Assembly: GCA_964567975.1 (NCBI GenBank)
Contig: CAZMOW010000006.1
Span: 1 to 59,239 of the forward strand
Length of the DNA stretch: 59,239 nt
Reading direction: 5' to 3'
Source of the DNA: an uncultured Anaerolineales bacterium
GTDB lineage: Bacteria > Chloroflexota > Anaerolineae > UBA1429
In this document: piece by piece, positions 50,722 to 59,239 of the stretch
Layout of the letters: every line of letters begins with the position of its first letter
How positions within the stretch are numbered: the first letter of the stretch is position 1
The notes under the pieces: generated by a model
The model's database searches: none
What the model was told of the DNA's origin: nothing
The model's input: the letters and a program-made list of their open reading frames with translations, nothing else
Made by a program: the position numbers and the translations under genes

Positions 50722-51926
50722 GAAGAGTACGGACAGAGCCCGACGAGCGGGGCTACTTTGGCCCCTATGGCGGCCGCTATGCCCCCGAGGTGCTCATGGC
50801 GCCGTTGTTAGAGTTGGAACAGGCGTACCGGGAGGCGCGTGACGACGAGGATTTTTGCCGTTCCCTGGGGGAGCTTCTCAAGGACTATGCGGGACGGCCC
50901 ACCCCCATCAGCCACGCCCGGCGCCTGAGCGAGGCCTGCGGGGGAGCCCAGATATGGCTGAAGCGGGAGGATCTGGCCCATACGGGCGCCCACAAGATAA
51001 ACAACGCCCTGGGGCAGGTGCTCCTGGCCCGGCGCATGGGTAAGGAGCGCATCATCGCCGAGACGGGGGCGGGACAGCACGGTGTGGCCACCGCCACGGT
51101 CGCGGCCCTGTTGGGATTACCCTGCGTGATCTATATGGGGCGGGAGGACATGCGGCGGCAGGCGCCCAACGTGCTGCGCATGCGCCTTCTCGGTGCCGAG
51201 GTTCGTCCCGTGGACACGGGATCCCGTACACTAAAGGACGCCATCAATGAGGCCCTGCGCGATTGGGCCGCGAATGCCCAAGATACCTACTATCTACTGG
51301 GATCGGCGCTGGGTCCCCACCCGTATCCTATGATGGTGCGGGATTTCCAGAGCGTGATCGGGCGTGAGGCCCGGGCGCAAAGCCTGGAGCAGATGGGGCG
51401 TTTGCCTGACATACTCATCGCCTGCGTGGGGGGCGGCTCCAACGCCATCGGCCTCTTCCACCCTTTTCTCGAGGACGAGGTGGAGATGGTGGGCGTCGAG
51501 GCCGGGGGCGAGGGGATCGCCAGCGGCCGACACGCCGCACGCTTTGCCGATACGCAAAAAGGGCGCCTGGGGATCCTCCATGGCGTCAGGACGTACGTGC
51601 TTCAGGATGAACATGGTCAGATCGCAGAGACCCATTCCGTGTCTGCCGGTCTCGATTATCCCTCGGTGGGGCCCGAACACGCCCATCTGCGGGCGTTAGG
51701 GCGTGCTTCCTATACCTCCGTCACCGATGAGGAGACCCTGGAGGCTTTCAAGGCGCTGTCCCGCTACGAGGGCATCCTGCCGGCTCTGGAGTCGGCGCAC
51801 GCCGTGGCCCACGCATGTCAGATCGCGGCCAACATGCCTCAGGAGACGATCCTGTTGGTCAATCTCTCGGGACGAGGCGACAAGGATTTGGATACCGTCA
51901 CAGAAAGATTGGGGGACGAGATATGA
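50718..51926 (+). CDS. trpB: Tryptophan synthase beta chain
   Basis: [34 protein letters not shown]. Confidence 0.97.
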   Translation: MRRVRTEPDERGYFGPYGGRYAPEVLMAPLLELEQAYREARDDEDFCRSLGELLKDYAGRPTPISHARRLSEACGGAQIWLKREDLAHTGAHKINNALGQVLLARRMGKERIIAETGAGQHGVATATVAALLGLPCVIYMGREDMRRQAPNVLRMRLLGAEVRPVDTGSRTLKDAINEALRDWAANAQDTYYLLGSALGPHPYPMMVRDFQSVIGREARAQSLEQMGRLPDILIACVGGGSNAIGLFHPFLEDEVEMVGVEAGGEGIASGRHAARFADTQKGRLGILHGVRTYVLQDEHGQIAETHSVSAGLDYPSVGPEHAHLRALGRASYTSVTDEETLEAFKALSRYEGILPALESAHAVAHACQIAANMPQETILLVNLSGRGDKDLDTVTERLGDEI

Positions 51927-52759
51927 TGGACGAGATGCAAGAAGCACGGGGAGTGAGGGCCCTTGATGACGCTTTCCAGAGGACGCGGGAGGAGGGTCGC
52001 TGTGCCTTTATCCCCTACCTGCCCCTGGGATATCCCACCCCCGGCGGTACCCTGGAGCTCGTTCCCGCCCTTGAGGCGGGGGGCGCGGATATCATCGAAC
52101 TGGGGGTGCCCTTTTCGGACCCCGTAGCCGACGGCCCCACCATTCAGGAGGCGAGTCAGGTCGCTTTGCGGGCCGGTATAACCCCGCGTGCCTGTCTGGA
52201 TCTGGTGGCAGAGTTGCGACAGGGGGGCCTCACGGTGCCCCTGCTTTTGATGGGCTATTACAATCCCATCCACAGTTACGGAGTGGAGGATTACGTGCGC
52301 GATTGTGCCCAGGTGGGCGTCGATGGTTTCATCGTCCCCGATCTGCCGCCCGAGGAGGCGGGCCCCCTGCGAAAAGCCTGTCAGGCGAGGGGGCTGGCCC
52401 TGGTCTTTCTCGTTGCCCCCACGACGAGGGAGGAGCGTATAGCCATCATCGCCGACGCCACGCGAGGATTCCTTTACGTGGTGTCACGGTTGGGCATCAC
52501 GGGGACGGAGCGCAGTCCTGAGGCGGATCTCATCTCCCGTCTCGCTCGGGTGCGCCGCCACGCCAGGACTCCCATCACCGTAGGCTTTGGCATATCGCAG
52601 CCCGAGCAGGCGCGCGGGCTGGCCCCTCACGTGGACGGCGTGGTGGTGGGCAGTGCCCTGGTTCGTCGGGCGACAGAAGGGGCACAGGCCGTGCGCGATT
52701 TCGTGGCCTCGTTCCGTCCCGCTCTGACAAGGGAACCCCATACGTCCCGGCGGACATAA
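51923..52759 (+). CDS. trpA: Tryptophan synthase alpha chain
   Basis: [32 protein letters not shown]. Confidence 0.96.
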   Translation: MMDEMQEARGVRALDDAFQRTREEGRCAFIPYLPLGYPTPGGTLELVPALEAGGADIIELGVPFSDPVADGPTIQEASQVALRAGITPRACLDLVAELRQGGLTVPLLLMGYYNPIHSYGVEDYVRDCAQVGVDGFIVPDLPPEEAGPLRKACQARGLALVFLVAPTTREERIAIIADATRGFLYVVSRLGITGTERSPEADLISRLARVRRHARTPITVGFGISQPEQARGLAPHVDGVVVGSALVRRATEGAQAVRDFVASFRPALTREPHTSRRT

Positions 52760-52840
52760 AACGCATCGTCCGGACTGGCACTTTTGGGTGAGGGCGTCTC
52801 GTGCATGGTGCGCGCCGACATCCGAGGGGGAAAAGCGTTC

Positions 52841-52906
52841 TTATCTGCAGTAGTTCAGCCCGATCCAAAAGAGCACGAGGGCGAGCATGGTGAGCAGTGC
52901 GGGCAT
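52841..52906 (-). CDS. Candidate 21-aa hydrophobic peptide MPALLTMLALVLFWIGLNYCR
   Basis: ATG preceded by AAGGAAGGAAAG; one TM-like stretch; ECF-like promoter at 52963-52991. Confidence 0.5.
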   Translation of the reverse strand: MPALLTMLALVLFWIGLNYCR

Positions 52907-53070
52907 TCGTCTTTCCTTCCTTTTTTGGGCAGTATGATGGGGGCGATTTCGCGCTTTGCTTGTTATAACGCGGGATTGCCCGTTTCGTTACGGGAAAAGT
53001 GCCCAGTGGTCCTCCGGGGGATATCGTCTAAAGGAAGGATCTGTGCGAGGGCGAGCCGTATTCCCAGCAC

Positions 53071-53970
53071 TCAGGCGTTCTCCTGGAACAGTCGCCGGTA
53101 GCTCTGGTAGCGTTCCTCGTCTATCTCGCCCGCTTTCACGGCGCGGCGTACCGCACAGTCCGGTTCGTGCATGTGCGTGCAGGTGGCAAAGTGACATTCG
53201 TTCAGGTAGGGGGCCATCTCGGGGAAAAAGGCCTCCAACTGCTCTGGGTCCACATCCCAGAGTTGAAAGCGGCGCAGGCCGGGCGTATCCGCTATATAGA
53301 CGCCGGGTTCGGGGTTGAGTAGCTCGGATACCACCGTCGTGTGCCTGCCCTGATCATGATAGTTGCTGATCTCGCCCACCTTTTGCTCCACGTGGGGCCA
53401 TATGGTGTTCAGGATGCTCGATTTTCCCGTGCCTGAGGGGCCCACGAGGGCGGATATGCGCTCCTGAACCAGATCCCTTATGATCTCCATCTTCTCGCCC
53501 GTTTCCACGCTGGTGTAGATGCTCCTGTAACCGATACGACGGTAGCGATCCAGCAGATGGGGACGCGCATCGGGGGGGAGAAGATCGATCTTGTTGACAA
53601 CGATGATCGCGGACAGATGGGCCGCCTCGCATGCCACAAGATAGCGGTCCAATACAAAGGGACTGAAGGGGGGATTACGAACAGAAAAGACGACGAGCAC
53701 CTGATCGAGGTTGGCGATGAGTACCTGCTCCCTGTCCCCATGGGGCTGACGACGGGAGAGCTTGGACGTGCGGGGCAGAACCTCCTCGATGATGCCGCGT
53801 CCCTCCTCGGTGGGAGACCAGCGCACGCGATCGCCGATGACCACCAGGTCGCGACGGCTCTTTTTCTGCTTCAGCCGCCCGCGCACGCCGCAGTCGAACA
53901 CGGTGCCGTTCGTCTGGACATAGTAATGTCCCCCATGGGTGCGGACGACCAGGCCCTGCCGAAGCTGCAT
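53071..53970 (-). CDS. rsgA: Ribosome small subunit-dependent GTPase A
   Basis: Circularly permuted NKID...GPSGTGKSS...GRHTT...DTPG; CHFATCTHMHEPDC zinc finger. Confidence 0.95.
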   Translation of the reverse strand: MQLRQGLVVRTHGGHYYVQTNGTVFDCGVRGRLKQKKSRRDLVVIGDRVRWSPTEEGRGIIEEVLPRTSKLSRRQPHGDREQVLIANLDQVLVVFSVRNPPFSPFVLDRYLVACEAAHLSAIIVVNKIDLLPPDARPHLLDRYRRIGYRSIYTSVETGEKMEIIRDLVQERISALVGPSGTGKSSILNTIWPHVEQKVGEISNYHDQGRHTTVVSELLNPEPGVYIADTPGLRRFQLWDVDPEQLEAFFPEMAPYLNECHFATCTHMHEPDCAVRRAVKAGEIDEERYQSYRRLFQENA

Positions 53971-54167
53971 AGAAACGTGCCCCGTACCTCCCCTTGTCGA
54001 TGATCCTCTTTCAAACGTGATATATGTTGAAAGGCAGTTTAACATATAAGAGAGGGAGGGGCAAACTCTCCCTCGGGCTCTTGCGCCCGTGATAAGAATC
54101 CGTCCCTCCCGCCCTTGATTCGTCGCATGGGGTCGATGTGTATCGCCCAGCCAGCCTTCCCGGGTGA

Positions 54168-54893
54168 TTAGGCTTCTTCCTCCTCGTAGTGGCCTCCGCT
54201 CAGAATGGCCCGCACCTCGGCGGCGTTCTGGGCGCCGCGCAGTCTGGCCATGTGCTCGGCCTCCTGGTCGCGCAGCCGGGTCACGCGGTCGAGGACCTCG
54301 GCGAGATACCCGGATGGGAACTTGGCCGCGCCGTTCTCGTCCATGTGGATGATCTCGCCGGGCGCCACGTCCATACCCGCCACGCTCACGGGCACGTTCA
54401 CGGCATGGATGGCCATGTTGCCGTGTCCGGCACACACGCCGCCCGTCAGGTACTGAAAGTCCATCTCCCGAATCTCATCGATGTCGCGGGAGGGCCCGTT
54501 GCTGATGGCGCCCACGCAGCCCGATGCCTGCATGGCCGTGGTCATGTTGCCGCCGGACAGCCCCACCTTGTTGGCGATCTCGGGGGGGAAGCGCTGCTCG
54601 AATACAAAGATGGTGGGATTGGGGGATGCCTCCATGGCCGCGATCACGTCAGAAAGGGACAGCCCCTCATAGTTCGGATCGGGAGGGCCGTACACACAGG
54701 TGACCGCATAGCCGGCCACGGCGCCCAGTTCCGGGTACCAGCAACGCAGACTGGCGTCCGTGTACCAGTTCTGGCTCCAGGGGTTGTACAGCCCCAGGCA
54801 GATGGGATTGCCCGGATAGGTGGCCACCACGTTGGTGATGGACGGCGTATCAAAGTCCGTCAAGGCCTCGAGTATTTCCTGATCGTTGGACAT
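54168..54893 (-). CDS. RraA/HMG-aldolase-like family protein
   Basis: DTPSITN, VAGYAVT, GPSRDIDE, VAPGEIIHMDENG; strong SD AAGGAG. Confidence 0.82.
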   Translation of the reverse strand: MSNDQEILEALTDFDTPSITNVVATYPGNPICLGLYNPWSQNWYTDASLRCWYPELGAVAGYAVTCVYGPPDPNYEGLSLSDVIAAMEASPNPTIFVFEQRFPPEIANKVGLSGGNMTTAMQASGCVGAISNGPSRDIDEIREMDFQYLTGGVCAGHGNMAIHAVNVPVSVAGMDVAPGEIIHMDENGAAKFPSGYLAEVLDRVTRLRDQEAEHMARLRGAQNAAEVRAILSGGHYEEEEA

Positions 54894-55031
54894 CGTTTTC
54901 TCCTTTTGTTATGAATTGGCGAACTGTAAAGGGGGCGCGACGCGTTCACTCATCGATCATCCCCTCGAACACGTGCCGTGTTCGGGTCCAGTCTAGCACA
55001 CGCGGCGGGGAGGCGCAAGCCCTGGCCCCAC

Positions 55032-56096
55032 CTATTCTCCGGCTCCGTCGCTCAGATGCGCATAAAATCCTTTGGGAGCCAGCTCCGTAAAGTCACCCGC
55101 GGTCAGCAGATGTTTGCGGATATCCAGGCAGAGGTCGCATTTGGAGACATATCCGTCGTCGCGCGTCTCATAATCGAAATCGCGGGCGAAATCCAGCAGG
55201 CCCTCTGCGTCCTCGGCGATCAGGTGCGCCAGTATGGGATGCGCCTCCAGGTCGATACCCTCTGTGGTCAGGCGTTCCAGGTCGTGCCAGTTTCCCAGGG
55301 ATATGCCGCCGCAGTATCCGGGGAGAAAATGGCCATAGTTGTCAAAGTGGTTGTGCCAGTTGCGCAGGAAGGAGGGGCGGCAGGGCTGCCCGAAATAGGC
55401 CTCGGCGGGGCGGCGGGCATGGGATGCCTGTAGCTTGTGGGCGGCGCGGCCCATCAAAAACAGCTCCACGTGCTGGGCGGCGCGGGCGTCGCTGGTCATC
55501 TCGGCATATTCCTGGAGGGAGAGGCGCCCCTCGATGCCCAGTCGTTTGAACTGCCGATAGTAGGCCTGCTGGTAGACCATGACGTTGGCGCCGAACACGC
55601 GCTGGCTCACGCGGACGCAGCGCTCCGTGCGCTCAAAGGGCACATATTCGGCATAGAAGGGGTTCACCGAGATGAGGATGCCCCTGAGGCCGGCCCCCTG
55701 AAGCCGGCGCAGTCTGTCCTCAACCTCCTCATCGTCGCGGCACCAGAAGCCGTTGGTCTCCACAAAGGTGGAGGGGATATCCAGCGCGTCGGCGATCTCT
55801 ACCGCCCTCCGCAACAGCTCATAGTTCAAAAAGGGCTCGCCGCCGGTAAAGTGCAGGCCCTGGTTGAGGCTGATCCCCTCGGGACCGGCCGGACTGGGTC
55901 GGATGGTGGAGGCAAGTTGCGCCAGGCCCTCTTCCAGTTCCTCTTGGCCGATCCAGTCGCCATCCCACTGAGGGGAGCAGGCGTACATGCAGTGCCGGCA
56001 CGCCGCGGAGCATTTGTAAGATAGGATCAGGCCTCCCGAGATGGGCTGTGGTACGGTCATGCGCCCTTTGTCCATTTTTCGTCCCTCCTCCACCAT
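55032..56096 (-). CDS. Radical SAM protein of unknown function (start uncertain)
   Basis: CSAACRHC, TGGEPF, ETNG; extra C-terminal Cys (GYCGG, KCDLC). Confidence 0.88.
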   Translation of the reverse strand: MVEEGRKMDKGRMTVPQPISGGLILSYKCSAACRHCMYACSPQWDGDWIGQEELEEGLAQLASTIRPSPAGPEGISLNQGLHFTGGEPFLNYELLRRAVEIADALDIPSTFVETNGFWCRDDEEVEDRLRRLQGAGLRGILISVNPFYAEYVPFERTERCVRVSQRVFGANVMVYQQAYYRQFKRLGIEGRLSLQEYAEMTSDARAAQHVELFLMGRAAHKLQASHARRPAEAYFGQPCRPSFLRNWHNHFDNYGHFLPGYCGGISLGNWHDLERLTTEGIDLEAHPILAHLIAEDAEGLLDFARDFDYETRDDGYVSKCDLCLDIRKHLLTAGDFTELAPKGFYAHLSDGAGE

Positions 56097-56240
56097 TCGA
56101 TTGCAGATTGCTTGCCCCTTCTCATTCTCTTATAATTGTATACGAACCGTCCGTCATCAGACAATATCCTTGAAAAAGCGTGTGTCGGCCGCGACGTGAG
56201 CGGCGGGGATAGCTGTCTTTTCGTACAGGTGGGATGTTAC

Positions 56241-56861
56241 ATGGCCTCCGATAATGACAAAGAGACGATCCTGCAGGCCCTTTGGCGGGACAGGGTGCAC
56301 GTGGCGCCCCGAGCCTTTGAGCTCTCGCCGCCCTCGGTGCAGGAGCGCTTTGACTACGCCCTACAGGCCACGGACGTCGTTTTGGATCTGTTGTGTCCCT
56401 TTCCCACGGGATTGTTGCGCCTGTGGCAGGATGCTCCCCGTGGCCACGTGGTCGTCACCCATCGCCCGTCGACTTACCGTCCAGGGCCTCAGCCCTGGCG
56501 TGATGGCCAGTTGGACGGCGTGTGTTACCTCTCCTTGGGCGACCTCGACGAGGAAAAGAGGGTGGCCATGGTGACCCTTTTTCATCTCCTCGATCACGTC
56601 TGGGGTAGCCAAGGGGCGGTCGGTGAGCCCTGGCTCTCCGATGGAGGGGGCATCACGGGGCGCCTGGAGCGCGTGGGAGAGCGGTTCGCCAAGATCCAAG
56701 CCCTGGGGTATGGACACGAGGCGCTTGGTGTGTCCAGCGCCCACGATTACTTTGCCCATGCCCTGTGGCTGTACTTTGAAGCGCGCCAGCGACTCAACGT
56801 CCTCGATCCCCTTCTGGAAAAACTCTATCGGGGGACGCTTTTGCGCGAGAACCTGTGGTGA
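56241..56861 (+). CDS. Hypothetical protein with a degenerate zincin (MtfA/ATLF-like) resemblance
   Basis: LFHLLDH and SAHDYFAHAL...LDPLL resemble HExxHxLD / E.FAE..P patterns. Confidence 0.6.
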   Translation: MASDNDKETILQALWRDRVHVAPRAFELSPPSVQERFDYALQATDVVLDLLCPFPTGLLRLWQDAPRGHVVVTHRPSTYRPGPQPWRDGQLDGVCYLSLGDLDEEKRVAMVTLFHLLDHVWGSQGAVGEPWLSDGGGITGRLERVGERFAKIQALGYGHEALGVSSAHDYFAHALWLYFEARQRLNVLDPLLEKLYRGTLLRENLW

Positions 56862-56870
56862 GTCGGGCGC

Positions 56871-58184
56871 TCAGGGCTGTGTGGGGGCCTCCCCGACGAG
56901 ATCGTACTCCCTGGCCTGCACTATCTCTGCTTCCACCAAATCGCCCGTGGGAAATTCTCCGGGCAATAGCACCATCCCATCGATCTCTGGCGCGTGGCGA
57001 TAGCTCCTCCCCACACTGATGCCGTCCCCCGCGCCATCTATCAGGATGGGCAGCGAGCGTCCCACCTGCTCCCGATTGTGGCCCAGCGAGATCTCTTGCT
57101 GGAGAAGCATGGCCCGCTCGTAGCGTTCGGCGATCACCTGGCGCGGGACGCGGTCGGGCAGTTTGGCAGCGGCGGTGCCCTCCTCGGGGCAATAGGCAAA
57201 AACTCCCACATGATCGAAGGCCAGGTCGTCCATCACCCGCAGGAGGGTCTCGAATTCCTCCTCCGTCTCCCCCGGATACCCCACGATAAAGGTGGAGCGC
57301 AGGGCGATGTCGGGCATGGCCTGGCGCAGGGATTCCACCAGATCATAGACGCCGGCCATGGCGGGAGAGCGGTGCATGCGGCGCAGGACGTCGGGATGCC
57401 CGTGCTGCAGGGGGATGTCCAGGTAGTGGCACACGGGGTCCAGTTCGGCCATGGCGTGTATCAGTTCCTCGCTGACGTGCTGGGGATAGGCGTACAGGAT
57501 GCGCAGCCAATCCAGTTGCGGGACCTCTTTGCCGATGGACCGCAGGAGCGATGGCAGGGTACTGTCGTCTGCGCGATCCCGCCCATAGGCGGTGGTATCC
57601 TGGGCGATGAGAACGATCTCACGCACGCCCTCGGCCACCAGTTCGCGGGCCTCGCGCAGGATATCGCTCTTCGGTTTGCTGCGCTGAGGGCCTTTGATGA
57701 GGGGGATGGCGCAAAAGGCGCAGGGGGCATCGCAGCCGTCGGCGATCTTGAGGTAGGCGGTGCCTCCCGTGACGGCGTGGCGCCGCACCGAGGCCACCAG
57801 GTTCCCCCTTTGTTCGATATAATCCACATCCTCATCCCTGCGCTGCAGTTCCCTGACCAGGGAGGTGACCTCGGGCCAGGAGCGGGTGCCGATGATGGCG
57901 TCCACGCCGGGGACGCGGCGCAGGACATGCCCCTCGTAGCGTTGTGGTAGACAGCCTGCCGCTATCAGCTTCTGAGAGGGCTTTTTATCGGCGGCCAGTT
58001 CCTCCAGCATCCCGTACGCCTCCTGGCGGGCAGCCTCTATAAAGGCGCAGGTGTTGAGGATGAGCAGGTCGGCTTCTTCCCGTTCCTCCACCAAGGTGTG
58101 ACCCTCCTGGCGCAGGAGCTGGGCCATCATCTCCGAATCGACCACGTTCTTGGGACAGCCCAGCGTGATGATGTGAAATCTCAT
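56871..58184 (-). CDS. rimO: Ribosomal protein S12 methylthiotransferase
   Basis: LGCPKNVVDSE, NTCAFI, AYLKIADGCDAPCAFCAIP, APEIDG TRAM domain. Confidence 0.95.
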   Translation of the reverse strand: MRFHIITLGCPKNVVDSEMMAQLLRQEGHTLVEEREEADLLILNTCAFIEAARQEAYGMLEELAADKKPSQKLIAAGCLPQRYEGHVLRRVPGVDAIIGTRSWPEVTSLVRELQRRDEDVDYIEQRGNLVASVRRHAVTGGTAYLKIADGCDAPCAFCAIPLIKGPQRSKPKSDILREARELVAEGVREIVLIAQDTTAYGRDRADDSTLPSLLRSIGKEVPQLDWLRILYAYPQHVSEELIHAMAELDPVCHYLDIPLQHGHPDVLRRMHRSPAMAGVYDLVESLRQAMPDIALRSTFIVGYPGETEEEFETLLRVMDDLAFDHVGVFAYCPEEGTAAAKLPDRVPRQVIAERYERAMLLQQEISLGHNREQVGRSLPILIDGAGDGISVGRSYRHAPEIDGMVLLPGEFPTGDLVEAEIVQAREYDLVGEAPTQP

Positions 58185-58197
58185 ACCCTTTCCTCAT

Positions 58198-58229
58198 AAA
58201 AAGAGGCCGGCGTACAGGACGTCAGCCTC
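58198..58229 (-). terminator. Possible terminator between rodZ and rimO
   Basis: GAGGCTGACGT...ACGCCGGCCTC imperfect stem plus T-tract. Confidence 0.5.
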
Positions 58230-58262
58230 ATGGTGTGCGTGTGAATTATGGGGACGTTTGCC

Positions 58263-59156
58263 CTAGGCTTCGGGGAGGTTGTCCAGCGTGTATTCCACGT
58301 CCAACACCTCGCCCGACGCTCCGAGCGCCCCCACCTGCACCCCGTTCACCGTCAAAGAGATGCCTCCCGCATTGCCGACGCGCAGGGCGATGCGCTCGCC
58401 GGCCGTCCAGGAACGCTCCTCCCCCTCTTCGAGGACTCCCATAAAGACCTCTTCCCCGTCACTTGTCACCTCGACATAGGTGGCCGCTATAAAGTCCGCC
58501 TGGACGACGATACCCCCCATCGCTGTGGCGGCCGATGTTGGTCTGGGCGTATAGGCCGGCGTCGGCGTCGCCAACATCGATGTTGTTGCTGTGGGGGATG
58601 GGGTGGCCATGGCTTCCTGCGTGGGGGTATCCTCCTCTGTGAGGGCCCCCACGGCCTCTCCCGCCGTGGGGGAGGGGGAGGCCGTGGTTTGGCTCGGCGT
58701 CGGTGTGGTATCGGGGGCGCGGGTAGAGACTGTGGCCGGCGTGGGTTGGGTTCTGGATATGGGCCAGGGATCCCTCTGCAGGTAGAAGCGATTATAGGCG
58801 TACCACGCGACCAGCGCACAGATAAGGAGGATCATGATCCCCAAAAAGATGGCCCCCCACAACCTGGGGCGTGCGCCTGCCAACAGCGGCTCGTTCAATA
58901 CGCGGGGAACGTTGGGGGAGGGTTCCCCCTTTATCTTGCGGTAGGAAGCGAGTATCTCTTCTGCGTCCAGCCCCAAAAAGGAGGCATAGTTACGCAGCAG
59001 GCCCTTGGCATAGGTCCCTGCGGGCAGGTCATCGAAGCGCTCTTCCTCCAGGGCTTGAATAAGGGTATCCTGTATGTGGGTCCTTTCCTCCACATCGGCA
59101 TAGGAAAGGCCGTGTTCCTCGCGTGCTTCTCGTAGACGGTCGCCGAGCTCCCCCAC
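58263..59156 (-). CDS. rodZ: RodZ-like HTH membrane protein
   Basis: LGDRLREARE HTH, YAKGLLRNYA, TM helix, T/P linker, GNAGG C-terminal domain; upstream TTGACA-17-TATAGT. Confidence 0.85.
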   Translation of the reverse strand: MGELGDRLREAREEHGLSYADVEERTHIQDTLIQALEEERFDDLPAGTYAKGLLRNYASFLGLDAEEILASYRKIKGEPSPNVPRVLNEPLLAGARPRLWGAIFLGIMILLICALVAWYAYNRFYLQRDPWPISRTQPTPATVSTRAPDTTPTPSQTTASPSPTAGEAVGALTEEDTPTQEAMATPSPTATTSMLATPTPAYTPRPTSAATAMGGIVVQADFIAATYVEVTSDGEEVFMGVLEEGEERSWTAGERIALRVGNAGGISLTVNGVQVGALGASGEVLDVEYTLDNLPEA

Positions 59157-59239
59157 CTATTCTCTGTCCTCCCCACCATCGATTACAAAATCCTACTATA
59201 CATGTGAAGCAGGCGTATGTCAAAGGTTCGTTTCATCTG

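Noticed and set aside
58500-58760. Thr/Pro-rich repeats in RodZ (and in the LysM protein)
   Set aside because: These are typical low-complexity extracytoplasmic linkers, not DNA repeat elements.

Overview
A mostly core-genome bacterial window. The gene content and protein style suggest Chloroflexota (Anaerolineae-like), which is my inference. It holds a decayed TolB/PD40 propeller gene fused to half a histidine phosphatase, then hflX-dapL-M28 peptidase-trmFO and a stand-alone EF-G paralog. Next come fprA, a Zn-dehydrogenase, tRNA-Gln(CUG), an ECF sigma/anti-sigma pair, an opp operon with two binding proteins, a LysM lipoprotein and scpA. The middle carries a split methylmalonyl-CoA mutase operon plus prs, hrcA-grpE-dnaK-dnaJ-prmA-rsmE with two CIRCE operators, and clpC-radA-PIN/TRAM-gltX-cysS-rlmB. 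The end has a Trp T-box-controlled trpE-GD-C-F-B-A operon, rsgA, RraA-like and radical SAM genes, rimO and rodZ. I saw no CRISPR array, integrase or transposase. The most interesting signals are intergenic. (1) A candidate ~190-nt sRNA with its own promoter and terminator that displays GGA/GGAGG loops and repeated UGGGGA (45363-45553). (2) An extra terminator nested inside the T-box leader. (3) A 4x18-nt duplication of the trpC-stop/trpF-start junction. (4) A 21-aa hydrophobic peptide behind an ECF-like promoter that resembles the one upstream of the local ECF sigma. (5) An attenuator-like leader on the EF-G paralog. (6) A probable non-canonical start codon for hflX. All calls come from reading the sequence by eye; no searches were run.
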